A stretch of DNA of 64,000 bases from Blepharisma stoltei ATCC 30299 (lineage: Eukaryota > Protista > Ciliophora): contig CBFDEM010000028.1 in the NCBI GenBank assembly GCA_965603825.1, forward strand, positions 558,001 through 622,000, read 5' to 3'. The position numbers and the translations under genes were made by a program. The notes under the pieces were generated by a model. The model made no database searches, was not told the DNA's origin, and was given only the letters and a program-made list of their open reading frames with translations. How positions within the stretch are numbered: position 1 is the first letter of the stretch; every line of letters starts with the position of its first letter. Shown here one piece after another: positions 12,021 through 23,805 of the stretch.

Positions 12021-13589
12021 TTACAAGTAATAGGAAATTATTTTCATCCTCATATAGCCTTTGCTTTCTTCGCGGGCCATCTCTCCTTCATATTCAACCA
12101 TTTTTGGCTTGACAAAATTTCCTGAAAAAGCTCGTTTCTTTTTGGGGATGCTATAGAAAGACGCTTGGGAATATTTTGGAGCAGGCTTATAAAAAGAAAT
12201 AGTCATCACTGATGGCTTTGGGGTCATTTCTCGTAATTTGATTGGCTTAATCTTGGGAGGCTCGAAAAATGCTTTTTTAAGCTTTGGAAAACTGATTTTT
12301 TTCTTAATTGGCTTTTTCTCTTCTTCTACTATTTTTTCAGATTTTTTTAAAGAGCTATGATTTTTAGATCAGGCTCTCCTTGCTCCCATGATAAATTTTT
12401 CATAGTCACCAATATCATTTGGAAATATTTTTTGATAGCCGCCTTCAATTTCTTGTTCAATTTTTTCTCTTAGTTTTTGAGACCTATTTTCTTCAGTTTT
12501 TCTTCATTTTTTCATTTCATTGAAAGATAAAGATTTCAGCATCGTTTTTGTATGCAGCAAAAGTGCATTTCTTTCATTATCATTCGGTGGCTTTCCAATT
12601 AAATTAAAAGTGTCCAGAATAACCATTCGTTTTACAAGCTCATCAATTGGCGTGTCAGTTTTGAAGCTTGGAGTATGATTAACTTCAAGAAGCCATGGCT
12701 TTAAGCTTGAATCTACCAAAATATCAAACCCTAGCAATTCAAAACACATAGAATTTGAAATATCATGAGGATGAGATAATCTATAAATATATGACAAGTA
12801 CGGATGAGCACTAATCAGCGTTTTAATTACAATGTCTTTAATATCATTTCACAGCTTTTCAGTGTTATGACCAACATCATCCAGATATCCAAATAGTCAA
12901 CTTATACTCCGTTTATGCCCTTCATCACCATTTCCAGTGATAAATTTGGGATTATTTTTGTTTATTGCATAGTTTGTTAAATGCATGCAAACTTTATCTA
13001 TACTATTTAAAGGATCAATATATTCTTCAGTCGCAAATCTTACTAGGCCTTCTTCATATATGTAGATTCTTAATGGATCACAGCCTAAAACCAATACATA
13101 GATCCTCAAGTCAAATTTCAAATTTTCAATCAAAAAAGGGTCGGAAATGTACTCTTGGACCACACATTTTTCAGGAAGTCCTTCAATGCTCTTAGTTAAA
13201 AAAATTCCTTTACCTTGAGAAGATGCTTCAGGCTTCACAATCAGAGTTTTATTTTTGCCTTTATTTTTTAAATCATATAAATCTCGAGGAAGAAGCCAGG
13301 TATTTGGGAAAAAATTATACTCATTTTCGAAAAATATTTTCATTTGTTGTAAATTTAAAGCAAGCTTGTTCTTACGAGCTAGTGCAAACATCCCTGGAAA
13401 ATGATTGATTTTTTGGAGAGGTTTTAAATTGTTGAATTGGTCGATTGTAACTGCATAATCTTGCCAGCATATATCTCAGTCGTCGCTGCTAGGATCGTCA
13501 TTTAGCTCTCATCCCATGATTTCTTTGGCAACTAATTTTATAATATCATATTGTGTGTTAGCGACCCGAATTTTCAGCTGTTTTTCCAT
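12021..13589 (-). CDS. TTLL: Tubulin polyglutamylase, TTLL6/13-like (tubulin-tyrosine ligase family)
   Basis: ATG 13589; one frame through six TGA=Trp. Motifs: QKINHFPGM, IVKPEASSQGKGI, KFDLRIY, HLTNYAINK, CFELLGFDI, LLEVNHTPSF. Confidence 0.93.
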
Positions 13590-13956
13590 TCAAATTAATT
13601 CTTAATGAAAATAATATTCAGCATACTTATTATATGATTGCTTTAATAACAAAAATGTTTTTCTTGTGAGTTGTTTATTTGCAACTTGTCTGGTGAATCA
13701 AAATGAAGAAAATGAATAGTTATCCAAAAGTTTTAAATTTAATGCAAATATTATTTAAATTTTATTGCTTTTTTTAAATGAAAACTACCAAGACCAAACA
13801 ATAGATTCAAAGATAATTATTTAAGCAAAATTTCATGAAAGATTACAGACAAGATTACTATCATAATCAGCATAATTGGCTAAAATAATAATTGAGAAAG
13901 GGTATTAATTATTGAAAATGATTATTAAAGAGTTATTAATAAATACTTTAAAATCT

Positions 13957-14451
13957 TTAATTACTTCCTCTTACTAAGGGTGTAATTCCAGGTAAGCTTA
14001 ATGAATGAGCTGTTTTATGTGAAAAATTCACCTCATTTAAACTTTTTCTATAAAGAAACCCTACAACTAAACAAACTCCAATAATAGTTGTAGCAATGAT
14101 CATAAAAATCCTAACTGCCCATGCACTTCCATACTTAATTTTATGAGTAAAATTAGACCAAATGACAATTGCCAGAGTAAATGCTAACTGCGCTGCAAAA
14201 ATAAAGGCCAAAGAAATCATATAGACATTCATAGCAGCTTGAGAGAACCTTGTTTTGTGTCCTATGATTGCTGAAATAATTATTGCAACACCCAAAACTG
14301 CAAAGCTTATATTATATCAGTCAGCTCTCAACACATCCAAAACCACATAAATCCCAACTGTTGCAATCCCAATCCCCACAATCATAAAAATTACATTAAA
14401 AACCATAAAAACTCCAAAAGTCCATGGATTTCCTTCAAGTTTATATTCCAT
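13957..14451 (-). CDS. Small four-TM (tetraspanin-like) membrane protein
   Basis: ATG 14451 (MEYKLEGNPWTFGVFMVFNVIFMIVGIGI...) is in frame with the track ORF through one TGA; four hydrophobic helices. Confidence 0.7.
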
Positions 14452-14479
14452 TTATAAACAAAAGGTTGATAATATAAAA

Positions 14480-15412
14480 ATGATGTCTATTGATCCCCAT
14501 CATCCTCTTATAATAGACAACATCTCAGCTCTACTGAACTCCACAATTGATCTCACCAACTTGTTATTCAAGCTTACGGATTATGATGGTATCCAATATG
14601 TAATTTCTGGCCAAAACACTGATTCTTTATGCTTCACAGTTCTAGCACCTCAGCTGGCTTCAGTTGGAGAAGCAGGAGGATATGAATCAATACAACTAAA
14701 CTACCCAGGTTTCCCAATTGCAATAGACGAAGGCAGCTACTCAATCCTGATTGACCGATCTCAGCTTCCTGATCCCTCTTTAGGTGAAGAAAGAAAACTC
14801 CGAGCCAATGATATTGCCAATAAATTCAGCATGTTCAGGACTCATTTCTTGTCAGGGCCGTTTATAAAAGCCTTAAAAAATGTAAAATCAGGCACCGCTT
14901 TCCAACCAAAAGAAGTTTTAATTAGGCCCAATGAAAAATTGTGGGTGATCCCTGGAGAAAACAGAGTGAATTTTATTTTTCAGGTCAATTTTTCTGACCA
15001 TACTGATGGGTCATTGTCTAGAGTATTTTTACAAGAATTTGTAGAGGCAAAAAGGCAGGTCCCGAACTCTCCTGTGATCACTTTTTCACAAAATCCGCCT
15101 GAAGCAATGTCAATGTTTAAAGGGGCGACTTTGCCGTCAACTATAGGGTTTTTGTGTATAACAGTATTGAAGGAGCAGATTAGACAAGAAGCTGAAACTG
15201 GGCAGTGGCTAGCTGGGCTTAAGCAGTACTTGACTTATCATCTTCACGCATGCAAAACGTATCTTCATATGAGAATGAGGAAAAAGACTGAAGGACTGCT
15301 TAAAGTACTGAAAAATGCAGTTCCTGATAAGCTTGAAGAGAAGACATTTAGAAGAGTCAGAGCAGCTAAAACAAGAAGAGAAGAAAGTAAAATTGTCTAC
15401 AACTTTAATTAA
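14480..15412 (+). CDS. ARPC2: Arp2/3 complex subunit 2 (p34-Arc)
   Basis: DYDGIQY, RVFLQEFVEA and YLTYHLHACKTYLHMRMRKK match ARPC2. Confidence 0.9.
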   Translation: MMSIDPHHPLIIDNISALLNSTIDLTNLLFKLTDYDGIQYVISGQNTDSLCFTVLAPQLASVGEAGGYESIQLNYPGFPIAIDEGSYSILIDRSQLPDPSLGEERKLRANDIANKFSMFRTHFLSGPFIKALKNVKSGTAFQPKEVLIRPNEKLWVIPGENRVNFIFQVNFSDHTDGSLSRVFLQEFVEAKRQVPNSPVITFSQNPPEAMSMFKGATLPSTIGFLCITVLKEQIRQEAETGQWLAGLKQYLTYHLHACKTYLHMRMRKKTEGLLKVLKNAVPDKLEEKTFRRVRAAKTRREESKIVYNFN

Positions 15413-15419
15413 TTTAGAT

Positions 15420-16727
15420 TTATTGTCTCTCCAAATATAGTCTTGGATAATCTGAAAACTGAGATTTGTGGTACATTAATAATGGACATTCATAAGGTTT
15501 TAGCTCAATTAAGTCTTGGCTTGGAGAGTTTTTGACATGAAGAGTGTATTTTTCATTGCTTCCTATATGTGAGGAAAGTGATGAAATAATTTCTCGGGAA
15601 TCAATATTAGGCTCACATGTAAGGAGATAATAGCATGAATACTCAGGATAGCCATGAGGAATATACACAGCTATTTGGTTATGCTTCAGCGATGGAACCT
15701 TTTCTTCAGAAATCAAAGACGAAATTTTTATTCTTTTAGCTTTCTTATGTGCTTCTATGTTTGGCTGAATGCTGAGCATCCTCCTATGCTCTTTATGCTT
15801 TGTTTTCTTTTTCTCAGTTGTTTTTATATCAGATATTTCTACAAAGCTTTTGTCTTGAGTAGACAAATTGCTGAGCCGTTTTTTGTTCTTTATAGGCGTA
15901 TTAGCTTGAGAGTTATAAACGACTTCAGAAAATGGGATAACTCCATTAAATGGATTTTTATTAATTGTGCTGTGCAAAGATTCTGAGAATTTCTCATCAT
16001 TTGAAAATTTTCAGCTAAAATTCGGAAAATTGATTTTTGTGATATCAATACTTACATTGTATTCTTTAATAGGTTTCTGCAACACTTCTTTTGCTTCTAA
16101 AGCTATATTTTCATTTCAGATTTTTTTATCAGAATTTAACCTACTTTGCACCCTGTCTATCACATTTTCAATTTCATTTATTTTTTCTTTTACGTCTATT
16201 TCTATTTTTGCCAGAAATTCCGCTTTTTTTCTTTCCTCATTTTTCAGCTCATTTGCGGCCTGGTTAAATTTAAAAGAAATTTCAGATATCAAAGCATTTC
16301 TTTTGGTTTCTAGCTCAGACAGCAAAACTTTGGCAGAGTCCTTTAGCTGAGCTTTCAATGACTCAAAATATTCTTTAACTGTCTCATATCTTTCTTTTTT
16401 CAGCTTAAGCTGGTCTACTAAGCATTTAGCTGATTCTATCTTATTACTGGAGAATGGCTCACGAGACTTATATGATTTTTCAATAGAAATATAATCTAAT
16501 TTTAAGCCAATTGTATCAATATCACTGTCTCCTGTAATTAAATTCGATTTGGTAAAGAAATTATTGCTTACTGAAGTAGAGTCTGATTTCCAAGTCGGAT
16601 GTTTTGAGTTTTTTAGACTTTTTAAAGAAGGAATACTTGGTCTTAGTTGATTTTCGTCACTTCATTTTTGTGCTGATGAAGGTATGCAGTATATGTTTAC
16701 AAAAGAGTCTTGAGAAATATTTTCCAT
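15420..16727 (-). CDS. Uncharacterized coiled-coil protein with a possible C-terminal Ras-association (ubiquitin-like) domain
   Basis: ATG 16727; one frame through three TGA=Trp. The C-terminus (YTLH...LKPYECPLLM) resembles the end of an RA domain. Confidence 0.6.
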
Positions 16728-16833
16728 TTTAAGAATAACTTAATTGTTAACGAAAAAATATTATTATGAAAATCGCGCTTGGAAATTTTAGTATTATAAT
16801 AATGCAGAAATTAGATTAAAATTTCAATTTTAT

Positions 16834-17922
16834 TTAAAATGAGGGTTTTTCATCAACATTTAAAATACTTGGAGTGACTTTTCCTTTCCTTTTACAGCAG
16901 CCAATACACATGTCAAGGATATTAAAAGGTTCTCTTGTTGTAAACTGCATCACTCTTCTATTCAATTGCACTGCGACTGACGTATTTTTTTCAATCACCA
17001 ATTTATCTTGTGCCTTTACTAAAGTCCCAAATTTTGAATTATAATCCTGCAGATAAACCGAGTTTCCATAGAACCTCAAAACTGAGTGGCATCTACTGAC
17101 AGAAATATCATTTATTTTTATATCATTTTCATGCCCTCTTCCTATCCTAATAGCATGTCCTTTTGACATAGAAATTATATATATTTTACAGTACAGTACT
17201 CTTTGTCCCCTGAGATCTTGAAGAATTATATATGGCTCTGAAGGTCTTGGAATATCTATAAGCTCATGTATTTTCCCTCCAACTTTAAATGTTAAAGGAT
17301 AAACCTCTTGACATATTTCACAATGCAGCTGTTTTCAGCTATAACAAGCAACAGATCTACCTTGTTTTATCCTTATTTTTGATTTAAGCCAAGTCTGTAA
17401 GCATTTATAGTGAATCCATTTCATTGAGCCTGTGCAGCGGCAAGGGGCAATCAGCAAATTTGTGTCAGAGTAATTATCATTTAGACAGAATCTACAAATA
17501 TTCCCAAAAGAAAATTTTTCAATGGCTCCATTTTCTTTTGCAGAAATATTAGAAAATTTAGTGTGAATTTCTTTTACACGAAGAACTACACGTCCAACCC
17601 GCATATAGTCGCCTTCAGAAAGTTTATAACCATCAAAATCTTCTGATGTCATATTTTTTACAATTAATCAAAATTTTTCTTGGCTTGGTGATTCGATTAT
17701 GAACTCTTTTTCTGATGTTGATATATCTAGTAGTACATTATCAGACTGATAAGAAATATCATTGGTAAATTCACAGCCATCAGCAGTTTGAATAACCTTT
17801 GTAGGGATTTTTGTTTTATAGGTATTAATAACTTTTAGGGCTGTTTTTTCATAGTCGAATAACCCATGGGACTCTCTATTTCAGGTCATGGTTTCAATAG
17901 AAAGAGTCAAATTTTTCATCAT
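16834..17922 (-). CDS. FHA plus RINGv (RING-CH) domain protein, putative E3 ligase
   Basis: MMKNLTLSIETMT[W]NRESHGLFDYE; CRFC...PCRCTGSMKWIHYKCLQTW...HCEIC (RINGv); IGRGHENDIKINDISVSRCH...SKFGTL (FHA). Three TGA=Trp. Confidence 0.9.
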
Positions 17923-18248
17923 AATAATTATTTTATCTATCAAAATTGCTATTTTAAATATTCTGATATAAATAATGGATAAATTCGAATTATTAGCACT
18001 AAAAATAAATATTTCTAATTATCGTAAACTTAAACTTATTCTCTTGAGCTATACTATAAACCTTCTAGCTAATTTATTTACTGAATTAGCATTTATTTTT
18101 CACACAAAAAGCATCTCCTGGTCCCCTAAATTAATTTTTCATTTACGAAATTTTTATTTATCTTAATGGTTTCTAAAAGTCAAAATTTTCTTATTCGCTA
18201 TAAAATTATTTGAATGAGCACAAAATCGTTTATTCTGATAAATAATAT

Positions 18249-18524
18249 ATGTTACCAAAAACACAAAGCAAGATAGAAAGTGAGTCAAGTGATTCAGCTC
18301 AAGCTATAAGTATCATGACAATAGGACGAAGAGAGTCTCGGGATGCTTTACTTTCTGTTGATAACTACCAAAGTGTAACTAATGAAAACACGACTGAGTC
18401 TATGATAACTTTAATTGGCGCTTTAAAGCCAAGGCCTGATGTGACAGTTCACCCAACTGAAAACTCTACCTGTTGTCTATTTCCTTTTTCGCTCAATCAA
18501 CAAAGTAACTGTAGTATATTTTAG
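18249..18524 (+). CDS. Small uncharacterized protein ending in CaaX (CSIF)
   Basis: 91-aa ORF with higher GC than its flanks; ends ...TCCLF...NCSIF*. Confidence 0.55.
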   Translation: MLPKTQSKIESESSDSAQAISIMTIGRRESRDALLSVDNYQSVTNENTTESMITLIGALKPRPDVTVHPTENSTCCLFPFSLNQQSNCSIF

Positions 18525-18588
18525 TCTATATTGATTAGTAATTCCAAGTAAAATTAATCAAGTTTCATAAGTTTACCTAGTAATTCTT

Positions 18589-19969
18589 ATGAGATCGATG
18601 AAAAAATGGGAGCAAGAAGTCCAAATGAAAATCCATAAAGACAAGATAAAAAGAGCAAGATACCCACTGAGATCAAGCACAAAAACCCTTCACACTACAA
18701 ATGGAAGCCAAAGAATCAGCACAACTGGGATTTTGATTGGATATTTGAGAGAATTTGGACTACAACAACATTATAGAGTAGCTTTAATGTTAGAATTTGG
18801 CAGACCAAGGATTCGACGAGGACCCACAGAGGTTCGCGATGCTTACTCATGTTGAGCTAGAAAATGTACTAGCTTCATTGAAGATTCTTCCAGGCCAAAA
18901 AGAAAAATTCAGAGTAATGCAAGATAGAATAAGAGGGGTAACGAACATTTAGAACTCTATAGATTCCTTACTTGCTGAGGCAAGAGCTTGTTCTGCCGTT
19001 GTGGATCGTAATTTTAAAGAAGTTAAAATCCAAACGAGAACTGGATCAATGGATAATGCATATAGATATAATGACCATCCTAGATTGTCTGAAACCATCA
19101 AATTGAAAAATGAACTAGTTGAGGCTCAAGAAGAAATAAAAGCCCTTGAAAAACAATTAGCAGAAAGCCAAATAAAAAATAATAAAAATTCAGGCTTGAT
19201 ACATTTGCCACCGATTTCTGACTCACCGAAAATTTCATCAGTTGCGAAGTCTAACCAAAAGATGCAGACTCAGGTGAAATTTGTGGAGTGTGAGGAAAAA
19301 AGAGATTTTGATACCAATGAGCTTGGGAAATCTTATGATTCGTGAAAAATGTGGTCGACTTTGCATAATATGGATATAGAAGAGATATCAAAATGCTTTT
19401 CTAGAGTCATTGCTTCACAATGTAACCAAAATTCCAATCAAAGCCTAGGCCTCATTCAAGAAATCACTGTCCCTTTATATGATTATACTGAAACCATTCC
19501 TGAAGAAAAAACTATCTATAATTACTGCAGAAATTTAATGAATAAAGCACTAATGGAAAAAGAGTGCCCTATTTTAGCTTTGATTTATATAGGAAGATTA
19601 ATGGAAAAAGCCAGAATTGGCTTGAATAATTGGAACTGAAAGCGAATTGTTTTTACTAGTTTGCTATTAGGATCCAAAATTTGGGATGATGAGTCTGCTA
19701 CGAATGCTACAATTGCAGATAACTTTTCAATGTACACGCTATCTGAAATGAATAAAATGGAAAGATCATTTCTAATTCTTTTAGATTATGAACTTAATGT
19801 TAAAAAGGCAGATTACGCCAATGCTTATTTTTTATTAAGAAGTTATACTAAGAAAAAAGACAGAAGCTATCCTTTAAAACCTCTTGATGTGGACACAGTT
19901 CTTAAGTTGCAAAAAAAGTGTGAAAAAGCTGAAAGCGTGGTAAAGGAGTCTTTATTAAAATCTGTTTAA
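18589..19969 (+). CDS. SAM-like domain plus cyclin (cyclin Y-like) protein
   Basis: Introns 18778-18793 and 18938-18952 plus two TGA=Trp give one frame. SAM-like: YLREFGLQQHY..ILPGQKEKF. Cyclin box: ECPILALIYIGRL, N[W]KRIVFTSLLLGSKIWDD, MNKMERSFLILLDY. Confidence 0.85.
18778..18793 (+). other. 16-nt intron
   Basis: GTAGCTTTAATGTTAG; removal shifts the frame to complete the SAM-like domain; A at position 10. Confidence 0.8.
18938..18952 (+). other. 15-nt intron
   Basis: GTAACGAACATTTAG; in-frame TAG, A10. Confidence 0.85.
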
Positions 19970-20201
19970 AGTAACTAATTGTGATGATAAAGTGTATATT
20001 TTAAAAATACATTATTTTATTTCATAATTTGTTAAAAATAGATAAATATGTAAGTCAAAGTAATTTAGTGAGCGCGCCGATATTTATAAATCTATATGAT
20101 AAATTGATAGCTCTTTTCATATGATAATAATCCATATTAATTAAAAATTTTATTAAAACATTTAACTTCAGATTCTACAATTATATATAATTGAGCTAAA
20201 A

Positions 20202-21821
20202 ATGAGTTCCATTCAATGCTGTATTTCTGGATGCAAGCTTAAGCCAGAATATTTATGCGGTTGTACAAACCCAAAATCAGCTGTCTGCATCACTCACCTA
20301 AATAGCCATGGAGAGCCTAGCATTGTTTCTCACCCATTTGAAAACATCTTTTCTCGGCCTTTAGAGAAAACTAAGATAAGCCTTTTAGCTCGCCTTAGAG
20401 AAGAAAAAATGAAAATCAGTGCAATAAAGCAAAAATTTATATCTGATGAAACAGAATTTATAAAAAATGCTGAAGATAGCTTGAAAAATAAAATCGAAGC
20501 ACTAACTTCAGGAATTAAGGTAATAGACTATTACATAGTTACAATTATGGCTGCTGATGAAATTGAAAGAAAAAGTGACGATTCCTTATTGAATCTTCTT
20601 TTACTTAGCCCAAATGAAGCTTTACTTAAAATTAATCAAGTAATTAAGGATAATATCGATTTTGGATCGATAGCTGATAATTGCTGCTTTGAAGAAAGAC
20701 AAGATATGGTGAATGCAAATGCATTAGAGACAAATGAAAAAATTAATAAATTGGAAAGAGAGGTAAAGGAACTTAGAGAGGAAATATCGTCTCTAAGAGA
20801 ATTAAAAGAAGAAGTAAAATCTCTAAGAGAATTTATAGCTCTTAATGCTATTGATTACAGTTCAAATATAGAAAAACAAAAAAGTAATAAAAATAATGAG
20901 GAATCAAAAGAAATAGTTTCAGTTGTAAAGGGCTTAGAAAAAGAATTGCAATTTCAAATGAATTCATTCTCTGCAAGTGCACCATTAAGCTCATTGATTC
21001 CAGATACTTCTCTACTTAATTTTCCAATAATTCATAAACCACCAAAGCCTGGACTTAAAGACTTTGGAAACACATCTTATATTAATTCTCTAATCCAAGT
21101 CCTTGCCAGCTTCAAATTTTTTGTAGAAATAATAGTTGAATCTTACGACGACTTGCTTAAAACTTTAAGCAAGCTATTGTTAAGCATAAATTACTCAAGT
21201 TCACAAGAAGTAATCGATGATTTGTTACTTGAAACAGCCACTGCCTTAGCCCAAGCATATCCTATTGTATTAACTATTTAGATTAACAGTAATAAAGACC
21301 CAAAACTTTTGCTAGAATTTATTATATCAAAATTCAATGAAGTTTGCCCAGGATATAATTTATTTACAATAGTTAAACACGATAAAATAGTTTGCGCTTT
21401 AGGCCATATTGATGAAAGTGGCAGTAAAGAAATCATTCTAAATGTATCTGATTTGCCTAACGGACAAATGAAAGATGCGATTGATTCTTTAAAAGCTCTT
21501 AAGCTTACTGATATGAATTGCAGCTTTTGTAATAAGATTCAAATATGCACAATTTCTATGGCCTATATTGAGCTTCCTTGTTTTTTAGTTATAAGTTTTC
21601 GCCCTAATAATAACTTTGTGTTGCCAGAAATGTTTTGCTATCAAAATTCTTCATATGAATTGTTTGGAGCAATAAAGAAAGTTCCTGATCATAGGGCTAC
21701 TGATAAATATATTGCATTGACAAAGGATGATGGAGTTTGGAGTAAATATGACAATCTAGAATCAGAATGCCGCAATATAGATTTTAAAGGATGCTATCTT
21801 GCCTTTTATATGAGCGTATAG
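20202..21821 (+). CDS. Cys/His-rich N-terminal domain, coiled coil and USP (peptidase C19)-like domain; probably catalytically inactive
   Basis: GLKDFGNTSYINSLIQVL (Cys box), YELFGAI...KYIAL...WSKYDN (His-box region) and CxxC zinc ligands. Joined by intron 21267-21281. Confidence 0.82.
21267..21281 (+). other. 15-nt intron
   Basis: GTATTAACTATTTAG; in-frame TAG, A10. Confidence 0.88.
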
Positions 21822-22117
21822 AGATATTATTTTTAAGTTTAATGCTATTTAGCAGTAACCTTTGTTATAAAAAAATTAATTTATATATTTCTCAATATGT
21901 AAAAAATATTTTAAATATTACTTATAATTAATAATTGAATTTCAAGCCTAATTTGATTTTCAAAAATTAAAAATTATTTTCAAAATATTTCAAAAATCTT
22001 TTTCCACCCAATTATCCCATATAATATCCTCTCTTCCCTCTACATTATTTTATTTCTTTTAAATGATGCATGAATATTCTCGTACAAATACTCAAAAAAG
22101 AGAGGTGTATATATAAA

Positions 22118-23308
22118 ATGGCTGAGCCTATGACCGGACAAGCTGAAGACTTCATCATTGAATCCAATTGGGATGAATCAATTGAGAGTTTCGATGATAT
22201 GGGTCTTAAAGAAGAATTGTTAAGAGGAATCTACTCTTATGGGTTCGAAAAACCCTCAGCCATTCAGCAAAAAGGCATCAAACCCATCATCCTCGGCCAT
22301 GACACAATTGCTCAGGCACAGTCAGGCACAGGGAAGACCGCAACTTTTACAGTTGGTGCCCTCCAGCTTATTGATACAGAAGTGAATCAGCTGCAAGCTC
22401 TTGTACTTGCTCCTACAAGAGAGCTTGCCCAACAGATTTTCCGAGTAATCAGTCAAATCGGTGAGTATATGCACATAAAATGCCACGCCTGCATCGGAGG
22501 CACAGTGGTCAAAGAAGATATCAGAATCCTAGAGCGCGGAGTTCACGTTGTGGTCGGAACTCCAGGCCGTGTTTTTGACATGCTCAGCAGGAACCACCTT
22601 TCAGCCCAGCACTTAAGAGTCTTCATCCTTGATGAGGCCGACGAAATGCTGTCCAGAGGCTTCAAAGAACAAATCCAAGAGATCTTCAGACATCTGCCAG
22701 GGAACATCCAATGCTGTTTGTTCTCAGCCACAATGGCCCCAGACATCCTTAAGCTGACTGAAGACTTCATGAGAAATCCTATAAGAATTCTGGTAAAGAA
22801 GGACGAGCTGACCTTAGAAGGTATCAAGCAGTATTATATTCCTATTGAAAAAGAAGAGTGGAAATTCCCAACTTTATCTGATTTGTATGAAAATTTGGAT
22901 ATCACCCAAGCCATCATCTACTGCAATACCAGAAAAAAAGTCGAAACCTTAGCCCAACAAATGACGGAAAAAGACTTTGTTGTTAGTTTCATGCATGGAG
23001 AAATGGAGCAGACTCAAAGAGAACTGATTATGAGAGAGTTCAGAAGCGGATCTAGCAGAGTGCTAATCACGACTGACCTTTTGGCAAGAGGAATTGATGT
23101 ACAGCAGGTGTCGCTCGTAATTAATTATGATATGCCAACGAACTATGAAAATTACTTGCATAGAATTGGAAGAAGCGGGAGATTCGGGAGAAAAGGAGTT
23201 GCTATCAACTTTGTGACAGAACAAGACGCGCAGTTCTTGAGGGATTTGGAGCAGCATTATTCAACCCAGATAGAGGAAATGCCTGAGGATGTGGCAACTA
23301 TTCTTTAA
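22118..23308 (+). CDS. EIF4A: Translation initiation factor eIF4A (DEAD-box helicase)
   Basis: [31 protein letters not shown] and [13 protein letters not shown]. The likely start is MAEPM at 22118 rather than 22070. Confidence 0.96.
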   Translation: MAEPMTGQAEDFIIESNWDESIESFDDMGLKEELLRGIYSYGFEKPSAIQQKGIKPIILGHDTIAQAQSGTGKTATFTVGALQLIDTEVNQLQALVLAPTRELAQQIFRVISQIGEYMHIKCHACIGGTVVKEDIRILERGVHVVVGTPGRVFDMLSRNHLSAQHLRVFILDEADEMLSRGFKEQIQEIFRHLPGNIQCCLFSATMAPDILKLTEDFMRNPIRILVKKDELTLEGIKQYYIPIEKEEWKFPTLSDLYENLDITQAIIYCNTRKKVETLAQQMTEKDFVVSFMHGEMEQTQRELIMREFRSGSSRVLITTDLLARGIDVQQVSLVINYDMPTNYENYLHRIGRSGRFGRKGVAINFVTEQDAQFLRDLEQHYSTQIEEMPEDVATIL

Positions 23309-23406
23309 CAAATAATTTATTGGGTTTATTTTTAGGTTTAATTTTTTAGATTAAATAGGGTGATTTTTTATATTCAAAAAAATTAGTAAAAATCAAAAGA
23401 TTATTA

Positions 23407-23805
23407 TTAGTTACTTTTACATTTTGCCTTCTGGTTTGTTGCTTTTCTCTTTTTATTGTCATTATCACTATCAGACGCATCTTTTCTTTTCCCCGGCTTG
23501 GTATCTTCACCTAGCTCAGCCAGAAGTTTTTGGTATTTTTCCTTTTCAGCTTCTGCAAGTCTACTGTATTGAGCTTTAACTTCTTCAGTTGCAGCATTCC
23601 ACATCTTCCCAAGCTCTGACAATATATCTTTATTCTTTATCTGTGGGTTCGCTGTTTTTACTTCAGCTCGTTTATCCTTTGTAAAAAGAATATAGGCAGA
23701 AGGAGGTTTTTTAAGCTTTTGAGTATTAGAAGGGTTGCCTGGACTTTCATTTTCTGAAGATTTAGTAGTCTTAGACTCTTCGTGAACAGCTTTTTTGAGT
23801 GGCAT
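23407..23805 (-). CDS. Single HMG-box protein (NHP6/HMGB-like)
   Basis: KKPPSAYILF..KRAEVK..NP......LGKMW.......Y..LAEAEKEKY. Confidence 0.9.
   Translation of the reverse strand: MPLKKAVHEESKTTKSSENESPGNPSNTQKLKKPPSAYILFTKDKRAEVKTANPQIKNKDILSELGKMWNAATEEVKAQYSRLAEAEKEKYQKLLAELGEDTKPGKRKDASDSDNDNKKRKATNQKAKCKSN

Noticed and set aside
17975-18166. 63-aa ORF between divergent genes
   Set aside because: AT-rich promoter-like DNA with an I/L/F/N/K-biased translation.
20791-20833. Direct repeat CTCTAAGAGAATT at 30-nt spacing
   Set aside because: Short internal coiled-coil duplication (SLRE..) within a CDS, not a CRISPR or mobile-element repeat.
22070-22117. N-terminal extension of eIF4A in the ORF track (similarly UBC9 54176-54211 and Rab-like 23914-23952)
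   Set aside because: AT-rich leader; the downstream ATGs match homolog lengths and the A-rich start context.
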